Positions 42,430 through 57,072 of a DNA stretch of 64,000 nt are shown in pieces. The notes under the pieces are model-generated. The model was not told where the DNA came from. It made no database searches and saw only the letters and a program-made list of their open reading frames with translations. Source of the stretch: the human T2T-CHM13v2.0 reference genome, Homo sapiens. Position numbers and translations under genes: made by a program. The stretch lies in the NCBI RefSeq assembly GCF_009914755.1, contig NC_060936.1. One strand, 5' to 3'. The number at the start of each line of letters is the position of its first letter. The first letter of the stretch is position 1.

Positions 42430-42657
42430 TATACACATACCAAGCCTGTTTGGTTGTTCACCGTTGTGTTAGTTTGCTAGGGCTGCTATAACAAAGTACT
42501 GCAAACTGGGTGGCTCGCAGTTCTGGAGGCCGGAAGTCCAGGATCAAGATATTGGTAGGTTGGTTCCTCCTGAGGCCTCTCTTCTTGGCTTGATGGCCAC
42601 CTTCTCACTGTGTCCTCACATCCTCACATGGTCTTTTACCTCTGTGCACCTCCCTGA

Positions 42658-42993
<336 letters not shown>

Positions 42994-43051
42994 TAATTTC
43001 TTCTTACAAGGACACCAGTCAGATTGGATTAGGGTCCATCCACTGTTTTGA

Positions 43052-43418
<367 letters not shown>

Positions 43419-45099
43419 AGAATACCCTATCCTTAAACATGAATTTAGGGGAGGGGAGGACACAATTCAATCTATAACAACTATCACTGGCTGATTTTGG
43501 CAGAGGCCTGTGGCCTCCAGTATTTTGAGGGAGCTGAGGGCCACTGATCTCTCCATATGCTCTCAACATCATGGGACTAGTAGGATGAAAGCAAGCCTCA
43601 GACCAGATTCTACCTCAAGCAGGCACACAAACATTCATGCAGCTTCTACTTGGAGCCTGATGAAGTTCAAATTGTTTGTCCTCTGAGGCTCTCTTTGCAT
43701 GGAAATTTCTCCCATGACAGATGAGAAAGTTCTGGGGCAGCATTCAGCTTTCTAGTTGGATTAGGCAACAGAATCCTTTGAAAATGTGTGTGCACAGACC
43801 AGGTGGCTCTCTGGGCCAGTGTACTCTGAAAGATGTGTGTCCTGGCCTAGCTGGTTGAGGAAAAGCAGGGCAAGCCTAGCCAAATCACACATCTTGAACA
43901 GCCCTCATTCGTTATACTAACTTTCCCACCCTCTGGTGTGTATAGGAGATAAAGATGGCAGACGTGCTATTAGGCTGCCAATGGGAGTGGGCTCTGATAT
44001 GGTCTTTCAAATATGAATCACCCCTGGCATGTGTGTTTCCTGTTTAAGGTTCTCAGGTATTACCCAACTGCACCAATATTAAAATGGACACATACCGTGT
44101 CATGCAGTTGGTGCCGAAGTGTTTTAAGGGAAGTTGTAGGCAATGTGAGTTTATCAGAAAACTTCACCATATCAGCATTTTGCCCTGAGCTTACACCATT
44201 CCCAGATCAAGGTACAAGCACAATGATTTCCTTTCTTGAAAAGTTCAACAAAAGCAAGAGAGAGAGATTGGAGTTGATGCTGCATTTTTATTCTGTGTTA
44301 AGTCTTGAACCTGCTGTTGCTGAACATTGGTCAGGGGAATTTGAGAAGTGGAAAGTGGGCTTTTTTCACCCTTTGAAAAGAGAGGATGGATTCTTCACCA
44401 GAACTGACATTTAAAAAAAGTCAGCGTGGCACGTTTTAGTATGTGTGGCAGATCTAAAGAGACAATATTTTGATCTCAGGAGTGTTTATTCTTGAACCAT
44501 TTTCAGAACTCTAAGATTTGAGAAATAATAAAATATTGACCATCCTTCAAAGAGAAAAACACAGGGCGATCTTTGGCATAGCCTGTCATTTTGCTCACAT
44601 TTCACTTCTCTCTCTCCAACTTCAGAGCCCCTGCTGTGGAACAGGTGCTGTGCTGGGTGGCAGGGGAGGTCTCTGGCTTTTTTTTTTTTGATCTCCGTCT
44701 TAACATCTAGCCTACTGGAGGAAGTGTATTTAATCATCCACTTATCTGTTAACAATTATCTCTGAGGGCCCGTCACATTCAGAGAAGATTCTAGGTTCTC
44801 TACAAGTATCCTCTCACTGTGTACATACTAAATCAACATCCTGCTGGATTTCCCCCAGACATCTCCCTTCATCACCATTGGAGAGTATCCTCTAATTGCC
44901 AGCCCTATTCACCATACTCATCTCATTTGATCTGGAGTTTTCTGAGAGTGACCGGGGGTGGGATGGACAGGATAATTTAGCAAGAGTGTATAAGTAAAAT
45001 CTATATAATAAAAGTTATCTCCCTGTGCCCCCCATGATCTATTCTTTATGTAGCAGTCTGAATGAGATTTTCAGAAACAAGAACCACTTTACCTTAGTC

Positions 45100-45432
<333 letters not shown>

Positions 45433-45439
45433 AGTACCC

Positions 45440-46240
<801 letters not shown>

Positions 46241-46407
46241 TTTTAATGCCCTTTGGAAGTTACAAGTAAAGAATAGGATCCCTTTTTAAGATTACACTTT
46301 TGGCTATTGATCTGTGTGTCTGGAACAAGATACAGTTTGAAGATACTACCATGGGACATGACATCAGTTGAGCTGATTAAGGTTTTAGTAATAAGAATCC
46401 AGGATGT

Positions 46408-46701
46408 GTCCGGGTGCGGTGGCTCACGCCTGTAATCCTAGCATTTTGGGAGACCGAGGCGGGCAGATCACGAGGTCAGCAGTTTGAGACCAGCCTGACC
46501 AACATGGTGAAACCCTGTCTCTACTAAAAAATACAAAAATTAGCCGGGTATGGTGGTGTCCACCTGTAATCCTAGCTACTCAGGAGGCTGAGGCAGGAGA
46601 ATTTCTTGAACCCGGGAGGCGGAGGTTGCAGTGAGCCGAGATCACACCAGTGCACTCCAGCCTGGGCAACAGAGCAAGACCCAGTCTCAGGAAAAAAAAA
46701 A
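46408..46701 (+). mobile_element. Alu (Sg-like)
   Basis: TSD AATCCAGGA(T/C)GT at 46396-46407 and 46702-46713. Confidence 0.95.
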
Positions 46702-47336
46702 AATCCAGGACGTAACTGAGGAAAATGAAGTGGAAATGAAATGCACACTTACCTATAGCTGTGTTTCCTACTGTCAGTGAGGTCAGATGTTTTTGACCAA
46801 AAAAAGATCGGAAAGTGAAATAAAACTAATGGAAATGGTGCACGATGGCTCAGTGGTTTGCAAGCAATGCAGATGGCCTCAGCCATTCACATTCAGGCAG
46901 GAGCCGCTGATCCTAGTGTTTACCTTGGAGCTGGTATCCAGTAATGTGGCAAGATGTTTATTGCTTTCTCATCAGATGATGGATGTGGAAGAGAATGTTT
47001 TTGCCCTGGAACCAGGTAGGCCTTGGGCTACTTAATTTGCTCTTTAATAGACATAGGTGTTCTTGAAGTACACCTGTCCCCTTAACAGAGCACCTATGAG
47101 GTGCCAGGTGCTGAGGGTTCGTTGGTGAATGAAGTACATTTTGTGGCTTCTAATCCAGTGGCTTTGGACATGTCCTGGTGAGAGGGGTGGAAATAGTGTA
47201 TGCGAATGTGTGTCAAATGCCTCAGAAGTGGGAAATGGAGGGAGAGTTTGAAGGCCTGAAGGCGTTCCATCAAAGCTTCCTTCCTTGCCGTCTCTACCCT
47301 TCCCTCAACTCTGGCTCAGGCAAATGCTCAAAGTGA

Positions 47337-47759
<423 letters not shown>

Positions 47760-48449
47760 TAACAACATGTCTGTATGTGAAGCCACATTCCTGGCCCATC
47801 CACAGTCACGAGGACTTGGGACTACAGGCTGGGTGACAAAATTGAGCTGATTTCCCCAAATCTCCAAGGAGATCCCCTCTGAAGAGATGCCGTGCCGATG
47901 AGAGACAGAGCCTGCACCACGAAGCAAAGGGAGGAGCTTGTGAGCTTGTGAGCTGACCCCTCTGGCCTTGGCCTCTTAGTGTCTATAGCCCGTCACTGCC
48001 TTAAAGCCACCACATCACATGTCACTGTTCTTCAACACTGCTCTTATTTGAATGTCTCAGTGATAACATCTCAGAAATGAAAAACAGGGTCTCCACTTCT
48101 GAGGATGTGACAAGTGAGTTGGAGGCAGTTTCCCAGGGGAAGGATTTTTGTCTCAAAGCATTAAAATAGAATCCGTTCTAAGTCAGAATATTCCTTTTAA
48201 AGTTAACTTCACAAAACTTCTCTGATCTTGATCCTCTTGCTAGCAGCTGACTGCCGAGGATGGGTTCCAGCGCTTCTCAGAACAATGTCGTAGGCGTATT
48301 AGCTCTGTAAGTCACCACGAATTCAGAATAATAACTGTGGGGTGGGGTGCGGGCTCACTGATTGACTCAGAGGCATCTAGAGTTCATTTTGTAAAACACT
48401 TAAACAATTCAGGGTGTTTTGTTTTGTGGGTAGATTTTTAAAAATAATT

Positions 48450-49205
48450 TTAAAAATGTAAAATTGTGGTTAAAAAAGCACAATGTAAACTTTACCATTT
48501 TAATCCTTTTTAAGAGTACGGGTCAGCAGTGGTAAGTATATTCATACTGTTGTGCAACAGATCTCCAGAACTTTTTTGTTTTGCGAAACTGACATGCTGT
48601 ACCCACTAAGCAAACAACAACTCCCCATTTTCTCAGACCCCCTGAGCTTCCAGTAACCACCGTTCTACTTTCTGTTTCTATGAGTTTGATAACTTGAGAC
48701 ACTTCAGATGCGTGGAGTCATACAGTATTTCTGTTTTTGGGACTGGGTTATTTTGCTTAGCTTAATGTCCTCAGAGTTCGTCCATGTTGTAGCATGTGAC
48801 AGGATTCCTTCCTTTTTAAGGCTGAATAATTCATTGTATGTGTACACCACATTTTGTTTATCTGTTCTTCAGTTGATGGGCATCTGGGTTGTTCCTGTGT
48901 CTTGGCTATTGTGGATACTGCTGCTGTGAACATAGGTGTGTAAATATCTCTCCGGAATCCTGCTTTCAATTCTTTTGAAAGAATTGAAAGAAGTGGGATT
49001 GCCAGGTTTTGTGGTAATTCTATTTTAAATTTTTTGAGGGCCCACCACACTCTTTTCCACAGTGGTCGTGCCATTTTATATTCCTACCAACAGTACACAA
49101 GGGTTCCAGTTTCCCCACATCCTTGCCAACACTTGTTACTTTCTAATTTTATTTTTTTTTGATAGTCACAGTCCTAGTAGGTGTAAAGGAATATCTTATT
49201 ATGGT
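48450..49205 (-). mobile_element. L1MA/L1MB 3' fragment
   Basis: tgttgtgcaacagatctccagaac...ccatgttgtagcatgtgacaggattccttcctttttaaggctgaataattcattgtatg...ccaacagtacacaagggttccagtttccccacatccttgccaacac. Confidence 0.9.
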
Positions 49206-49269
49206 TAAACAGTGTAGTTTTATTATTTATACTTCAGGTAACCAATACATAAATTAGTACTAATAAAAA

Positions 49270-49480
49270 TTGATAACTACTATTTATTGAGTGCTTATTA
49301 AGTGTTCTAAGCATCTTGCATGACTTAATTCTCATTACATCTCTGTGAGGAAGAGGTTCCATTTTTACCCATTTTATAGATGAGGAAATTGAGGCTTGGA
49401 GAATGTAAGGAACTCATACAAGGTCACACAACGAACTGAAGCCTGTGCCTGGATTTGAACCCAACCGTCTGGCTACTAGG
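49270..49480 (-). mobile_element. MIR
   Basis: cccattttatagatgaggaaattgaggcttggaga...aaggtcacaca...ggatttgaaccca. Confidence 0.8.
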
Positions 49481-50780
49481 GTGTTCTCTGGCTTTCTTTT
49501 CCTAATTGACTATGCTCTTTAAAATTCACATCTTCAGCTGACCCATATCAAGAAAGTTATAGAAGATAATGACATCCTGACTCCTGAATGGAGTTCCTTG
49601 AAGTGCCCAGGAATGAAAACTTGGAATAAGGCCCATGCCTCAGTCATCACTGATGCCTCGGATAGCAGACTTAAGCGAGGGCTTTAGAAATAGTGGCCTA
49701 GTCTCCTAAGCCCTGGGCTTGTAAAATACTCTGTACTTTTTTGGTTTGAATTCCCTTGTTAAATGAATAATAGAAAATGTGAGGAGAGAGGCACAACATT
49801 TTTTTCTTGACACTATTCCACTTTGAGTTTGGTTTCTATTCCAAATCTGTGTGTGTGTGTGGCAGGGGGGAGGAAGGTGTGTTGATGAGTTATTGTTGCA
49901 TTAGAAGGTTCACTCTTAGAGCCACCAGATTTTCTGGAAAGCCATACATGTGCTATAATGCCTGTCAAATAAAAAATCAATGTGACACAGTTGGTTTAAT
50001 TTTTGTTAATCTTTATCATATTTAATTTTGTTTTTTGACTAGACCTAATAATGGGCCAGAGGCCTTTAGGCACTGTTGAAGTGACTGCTGGCCACAATTC
50101 CCCAAATCAGCTGTAATGTTTGTGTTGGATTATTGTATTAACAAATGCTTCAAATTACATTAGAAAAAAATCCGTTATGTTATTTTAAGTTGGGGGACCA
50201 ATTCCACACTCACATCTGGTAATCCTATCAGTAAATAATGGCACAGGGCCATTCTAACAGGGCCAATTAAGTCTGCAGGGCCTCTCTTCACTCTTTGATA
50301 TGTTTTGTGAACATTTTTCTTATTTTGGTGCTATGAAATGAAGTCTCTGTCAAGAGCTCAAGTCATAGACTAATCCTCAAAACTTTTTTTTTTTTTAAAC
50401 AAGACAAAGAAAATATGAGATGTTGTTTCCTGCAACAAAATCCTAGAGAGTTTGTAGGATGTTTTATGTATGGTGTGTTTTGAGGATCGTGGAACTGAGA
50501 AATCCACAAGAATTTGCCATCCAGAAAAACTTTCCACTGGAGGTGGGGAAGAGGGGCCTGCTTGACTCCCTCATGGGCTCAGGCCTACCTCTGCAGTTAT
50601 GATTGTGGATAATTTAGCCCCTCTTGCAACAGTGTGGTACTTGCTACTCTCACCTCTGACTTGTGGATGAGAATACCTGCCTCCTGGGACCTCTCCTGGA
50701 TATCAAGCCCCTGGTTTCTGTCATAAGACGTTCACTTAACAGGTGCTATACCTCAAAGGACAGATATTGTCATTTTTGTT

Positions 50781-51190
50781 TGCTGCAGGCTTAATTTTGT
50801 TCCCCTAAAGTTCATATGTTGAAGACCTAACCCCCAGTACCTCAAAATGTCACTACATGTGGATATGGGGTCTTAAGAGAGACAAATAAATGATTATGAG
50901 GTCATTAGGATGGGCCCTAATCCAATCTGCCTGGTATTCTTGTAAGAAGAGAAAATTTGGATGCACGGAGGCACCACGGTTGTGCACGCACAGAGGAAAG
51001 GCCTCATGGGAGGACACGGCAAGATGGTGGCCGTCTGCAGGCCGAAGAGAAAGGCCCCAGGAGAAACCAACCCTGCTTGACACCTTGATCCTAGACTTCC
51101 AGCCTCCAGAACTGTGAGAACGTAAAATTCTGTTGTGAAAGCCACCTACTCTGTGGTATTTTGTTATGGCAGCCCAGGCAAATCAATACA
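50781..51190 (+). mobile_element. MLT1B-like MaLR solo LTR
   Basis: ttcatatgttgaagacctaacccccagtacctcaaaatg...ggccctaatccaatctg...gacttccagcctccagaactgtgag...aataca. Confidence 0.88.
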
Positions 51191-51562
51191 TGATTAAACT
51201 CCTCTGATGCTTAAGTACCTCACGTATTAAAAAAAAATGTTTACATCCTGTTTTCTCTACACTGTTTCCTTGGTGGTTTCTTCTTAAGTTGTTTTCTGGG
51301 GTTTTCCATGAGGAACCAAAGTCTCTTGGTCTCTGCTAACCTTCTTACCGTATGTCCACATCTGTCTTCTTTCTCCCTGCCTTGCTGAGAACCTGGGTCT
51401 GTGATAGTGGGTGACATGGACTGGAGAGAGGGGACCGGATGGTAACAGTGTGATCAGCCTGCTGTTTCTTCACAAGCTGATTACATGCAGACAGGTGCAT
51501 ATGGGGCAAGTGCTCAGGGTCCCGCTCCACCCTGCATGTGCTGAGTATCTTCCTGCCCCCTC

Positions 51563-51877
51563 TTTTTTTTTTTTTTTTTTTTTTTTGAGACAGAGTCTCA
51601 CTCTGTTGTCACCCAGGCTGGAGTGCAATGGTGAGATCTTGGCTCACTGCAACCTCCGCCTCCCGGTTCAAGCAATTCTCGTGCCTCAGCCTCCCGAGTA
51701 GCTGGAATTGTAGGCATGTACCACCACGCTTGGCTAATTTTTTGTATTTTTAGTAGAGATGGGGTTTTGCCGTGTTGGCCAGGCTGGTTTTGAACTCCTG
51801 ACCTCAAGTGATCCACCCACCTCAGCCTCCCAAAGTGCTGTGAGCTGGGATTGCAGGCATGAGCCACTGCACCAGAC
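51563..51877 (-). mobile_element. Alu (S-type)
   Basis: TSD CCTG(C/T)CCCCTCT at 51552 and 51878. Confidence 0.94.
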
Positions 51878-54800
51878 CCTGTCCCCTCTCTTGTTCTGTC
51901 CTACAGCTCCAGGGCTGTTAGGCTTCACCTGTCATCTTAATAACAGTTGCCATCTCTGTCACTCTTCTCCCTCCTGGGCTGGGGGTGGGGCAAATGTAAG
52001 CTTCTCCACTTCCCCAAGCATATGGGTCCATTTTATTTTAAAGGCTTTATTGCCAATCATGACTGGGGAATAGTCAGATAGGATCGGAAGTGACTAGATT
52101 TTAGGGGAATTTTAAACTGTCAGTGGGGCTTAACCTCAAACCACTAAAAAGCCAGAAGAACAAAGGGATGTGTACAGGAAGGCTGGGGATGGTGTTAGCG
52201 CCTCATGACTGGGATAATCTACTGTGGAGTTCACGGGAGGGCCAGACCTTCAAAGATGCTTTTATTGAAAACGTCCCTATAGGACCTTTTTCACTGAGAG
52301 TTTCACATCTGGGTTATCCAACTTGTTGGGAAAGGGTCTTGGTTATTTGTGCAACTCTTAATGATTTCCGAGAGAGCCTGCTCAAGCGGATGTGGGGTGG
52401 ATTCAGTTCAAAGACTTGGAACACTTGAATTAGCCGTTGATTTTAATCGTCTTTTGCAGCCGATAACATTAAGGGTTTCTTTTATGAACCTTTAATACGA
52501 TAGTTTTTAGGTAGTGGGAGAGAGGAGTTGTTTTTGTTTTATATGCTTTTCCAGAAGAAGAAGAAAGGTGATTCAACTTTGAATTTCCTTTGATCTTTTC
52601 TTGATCTTCTTAACCCGTTTTCAGAATGGCTACCACTCTACCTCTCCAGAACTTTCAGTGGCTCACTATTGCCAGTCCTCATTCTTTTTTCCTCCCATGG
52701 CTGGTTTAATTTAGATCTCCCTATCTGGAATTTGATTTCTTTGCAGCAGGGACCATGATTCTTGTTTTTCAGTTCACATGGATCCCAGAGAATAGAGTAA
52801 CACTCAGCAAATACTTCTTTTTATGGGAGAGGGTGTTAGGTTTTTAAAATCCTTTTCTCATAGGCTGTTAGATTTGATTTACTGCTTCGTACCTGGGCTT
52901 TCTGTTGAGGCCAAGGGGTAGGAGTGTCTTTGGGAGTGCATCAGAGTCCGGGTGAGGCCTGTGACCAGCCAGTGGGGCCCCAGAAGCTCAGTTAGAACTG
53001 CTTGTACCTCCTGGTCCCCTGCCTTCATGGAGTGGAAAGGGATGAATTAGGGACTCCAAGTCCAGGTACCTGGGCTGTTCTCCAGCCCACCCTAAGCCTG
53101 GAGCAGCAACTGGTGATTGGGCCATTAACTTTATGTAGTTCTGGGGCCAGACTGTGTATCCTATAACCTTGGCCTCAGCAAGAAAACATTAAAGGGGAGA
53201 CCTGGAGAAAATGTGCTTTGATAAATAGATACAAATTCATCCTGGTGGGTCATGAGTGGAAAGAAATCATTATTATGTAAATCAAATAGACACTTAAGTC
53301 TGGACAGCAGGTAGCTCAACGCTGGAAGAGTTCACACCAAAAAAAAAGAAGGAAAAAAGGCAGGAAGGGAAATGATCAAAAATAGGGGTGGGTTTTCTGG
53401 GCCTGGGGCTGCCTCCGGTCCTCAGTGCTACCTTCCCTCATTCTGCCCCTCTGTTCTCTTGCTGTCCTCCTTCTGCCCCCTGTGGCCATGGGACTGCCCC
53501 CACAGGTTCTGGGGACATTTTCTGAGCCCCCTGCACCTGGTACAGCCAGCCCAGGGCTCAGTGGGGGAAGTGCTCCATCAGTATTTTTTTGATGGTGGTA
53601 AATAAGATTCATACAGCTTTGCAGTGTTTGATTGTGGACTTTTAATCTGGCACCCCAGGTGACCCTTAAGCTCCTTCTATTTTTCCCTGTAGCTGTCTTT
53701 TGAGATGCATTTGCTGGGCCTTGTTAATGGTTTGTTTTTTCCCTTTTGATTTATTAGATTAGAAGCTCAGTTCTTGGCCTCCCCCTTCCTGGGAGAAGTT
53801 CTTGCTTCATCTCCATAAAACGTTGCTCTTGGGCTTTTTCCTGTTTTATTACTTAGCATTAATACCTGGCAGCTTATATCTGAGCTCTCATTTTATTTTC
53901 GTAACATATAATATTGCCTCTCCTCTGGCAGCCTTGGTGCTTGCGAAGGGTTTAGTGGCCTCTTGTTTTTTTACATTGGGAGGTAAGAATTTAGATTTAT
54001 TAGTCCCAGCTTGGCGATGAGTGGCACAGAGAATTTTAAATGATTTGTTTTAAGCCACGTAGCTAATCAGGGGACAAAATGAACCAAGGATACTAGAAAT
54101 GAACGAGCAAGGAAGAAGGCAAATGAACTTCTGACTTCTTCTACCCTTTGATGTTTTACCAACACGAGACTTATTCGTTTTTTAGTTTGGTATTTCTCTG
54201 TGAAATGAGCAGAAAGAATGACATGAGCTAAGAGAGGAACAAATAGGCAAGGGATTTGTGAACACAGTGCTCTGATAATGATGACATTGGCTCTCTTGAA
54301 GCTACATATATGTTTTTCCCCACAAAGTCTATCTTAGAAGAGGAGTTGCAAATCCCTTGCAAGGGAGGGTTATAGTTGGATGCCAAAGTGGTCAGTTTTT
54401 GACCTGGGTTTGGTGTGGGGTGTGTCCACAGAGCTTTAGCTTTCAGTGCATCTGATTCTGTGAAAGAAATAAGAACGGAGTAGTGGAAATGAACTATTGC
54501 GGTAGGTTGGCAAGTAAGTCTGGTGACGTTAGGGAGTAAACTGGGAGGAAGTTCCCTAGGCTCTGATCTCTGTAGGATCACAGGTGGGAGGGCAGGTTTG
54601 ATCTCTGCCCTTGTGAGGAGGTTGGATGGAGCCCTTTGATTCCATCCCTACCTCCGCTAGCTCAGCATTTACAGCAAACAGCACCTGCTGTTCAGGACAC
54701 TTCATTATGCCTTCGGAGTCCTTCAGGATCTTGAGGATCAGAGGGTATCTAAGTTTTTCTGCCTTATAAAAAAGTGGAGGAGCTTTTCAGAGCATTCTAG

Positions 54801-55129
54801 AATAACAGATAAGACTAGAGTCTGGGAACGGAGTAGAAAGATGCTCAAGGAAGGACTCCTCTTCCTTGTTTCCACAGCTGGGCCACAAGCCCAGGTCTCT
54901 TTTGCCTTTGACTGTACAACCTGCTGCCTGGGAGTTCCTGGGAGGGACAGGTTTCAGAGTGTGTCCTTGATGGACACATAGTAGAGCCCTGGGATCCAGG
55001 AAGTAACAAGAGGGCACTTCCCAGTCCCTGAAAGCAAACACCTTAATTTTGCTAGGTAATTTTGGGGAGGCACCAAACCTGAAGGTTCAGGATCTGAAGT
55101 ACTTTTTCTCCCTCTTAGGAAATGTGGCC

Positions 55130-55330
55130 TAGCATTTGGTGGTCATGTTCAAATCCTGGTCCAGTCACTTACTAGATTTCTAATCTTGGGCAAATCGCTT
55201 AGCTCACAGATGCTCATTTGACCTGCAAAATGGCCCCAAGCCGACACTCTGAGCACCCTCCTTGGCATTTGTGATTATTAAATTCCATAATGCAGGTAAA
55301 GTGCTCAGCCGAGAGCCTGGTCTGGTATTT
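55130..55330 (+). mobile_element. MIR
   Basis: gttcaaatcctggtccagtcacttactag...cttgggcaaatcgctt...ctgcaaaatgg...gtaaagtgctcagc. Confidence 0.65.
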
Positions 55331-55680
55331 ATAGTCAGCCTGGAGAAAATGAACTCATGAGTTATGGTCTGCAAACGGTGAGCTCCTTCAGGTCCACCCA
55401 CCAGATGCTGGGTGAAGGAGTCAGCCTCTCTCTAGCCAGGCAGGGAGGCTGAGAGCCTTTGCAGAAAGAAAGTCATTGGCAAATCAGAAGTGCCATCCAG
55501 TAAACCCTGGCTTCAGTCACTGTGGAAATTGTTAATCAGACACGTGGCCCTTGCTGATTTTAGGGTAAGGCACAGCTGTGAGCAAACAGCTCACCTCTTT
55601 CTCTTTCCCTAGCAGCACATGAGTGGACTCCTAGGACACCACACGTGTGACCTCAACTGTTCTTTCCTTATTTCTTCTTT

Positions 55681-55997
55681 TTTACTTTTTTTTTTTTCTA
55701 GGACAGTGTCTCACTTTGTCACCCAGGCTGGAGTGCAGTGGCATGATCATAGCTCACTGCAGCTTGAACTGCTGGGCTCAAGGGATCTTCCTGTCTCGAC
55801 CTCCTGAGTAGCTGGGGCTACAGGCCTGCACCACCATGCCTGGCTAATTTTTACATTTTTTTGTAAAGACCTGGGGTGTGGCGGGGCAGTGGTCTTGCTG
55901 TGTTGCCAAGGCTAGTCTTGAACTCCTGGCTTTAAGCGATTCTCCTGCCTCGGCCACCCAAAGTGCTGGGATTATAGATGTGAGCTATTGTGCCCAG
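55681..55997 (-). mobile_element. Alu (J-type)
   Basis: Antisense dimer; CTTATTTCTT on both flanks. Confidence 0.9.
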
Positions 55998-56529
55998 ATT
56001 CTTCTCTTATTTCTTCTAAATGCTTGGCTTTTAGAACAGTCTAGGAAAATAATAATTGGCCAGATGACTCAGTTAATAAAGATGTACATTTTTCGAGTAC
56101 CCATTGGTTGCTGTGGGGAAAAAAAGTCATCTCCTCAGATTGCTAGTAATTTAATTGGAAGGAAATCAGTTGATTTGTGAGTGATGATTTATCTCCACTC
56201 CCTCTGAAATTAGTCCCTTAACTTTTAGCCCTACTCCCCGCATCTGAGAAACAAGGTGATCCAGATGGAGAGAGCACCAGGTGTTAAATTGGGTAGCTGA
56301 TCTACGTTCCAAGGAGCTCATGGTGCAATTCAGACTGTCAAGTGCAAACTGAGTTAAGAGAGACACCAGCGTGGGGCATCATCAGGAAAGAGTTCATGAA
56401 AGAATTTTAACAATGGAAAGTTATAAATCTTCAGTTAGAATCCAAGCACTACCGAGGCCCAGAACCCAGGAGAGGAGAATTCAGAGGCAGGCCCTTCTAC
56501 TGAGTCAGCAAGAAAAGTGCCATATCAGC

Positions 56530-56690
56530 GCCCCTCAAATCTGCACATGCATAGGAATCGCCTGGAGTTCTGGTTAAAGTGCAGATCTGGATTCAGTAGA
56601 TGTGGGGCAGAGCTGGGATTCGGCCTTGCTAGCAAGCTCCCAGGTGATGCTGATGCTGCTGGCCTGAGGCCACACTTTGTGTAGCAAAGT
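56530..56690. mobile_element. MER5A-like DNA transposon relic
   Basis: gaatcgcctggagttctggttaaagtgcagat...caagctcccaggtgatgctgatgctgctgg...ccacacttt. Confidence 0.8.
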
Positions 56691-56728
56691 CTTACATAAT
56701 ATTTAGGTTAGAGAGTAATGTATAGATG

Positions 56729-57072
56729 CAGGTAATATGATTAAAGGTGCTCATTACAAGAGAGAAGGAGCTGTTGGTAGATGGGAGCAATATGCCCATC
56801 CAGACATCGTCAGGGTGGTGCGCGACATTGCCTGTCTCTATCCTAACCCCAGATCTGCTGCTGCCTGGCTGTATGACCTCGGACAAGTCATTAACAGGTA
56901 ATGTGATTAAAGGTGTTAGTTACAAGAGAGAAGGAACTGTTGTTAGATGGTAGGAGTATGTCCATTCAGACATTGCCAGGGTGGTGTGTGGCATTGCATG
57001 TCTGCATTCTAACCCCAAATCTGCATTCTAACCCCACACTTCCTGGCTATGTGGCCTCGGGCAAATCGTTAA
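56729..57072 (+). repeat. Diverged tandem duplication, 2 x ~166 bp
   Basis: caggtaatatgattaaaggtgctcattacaagagagaagg (56729) repeated as caggtaatgtgattaaaggtgttagttacaagagagaagg (56895). Confidence 0.93.

Noticed and set aside
41812-42491. His/Thr-rich and Cys/Val-rich ORFs up to 208 aa
   Set aside because: Direct translations of the TG/TATG microsatellite
56729-57072. CRISPR-like or other repeat-spacer array
   Set aside because: Only two contiguous diverged copies with no spacers; the DNA is mammalian and no cas-like ORF is present
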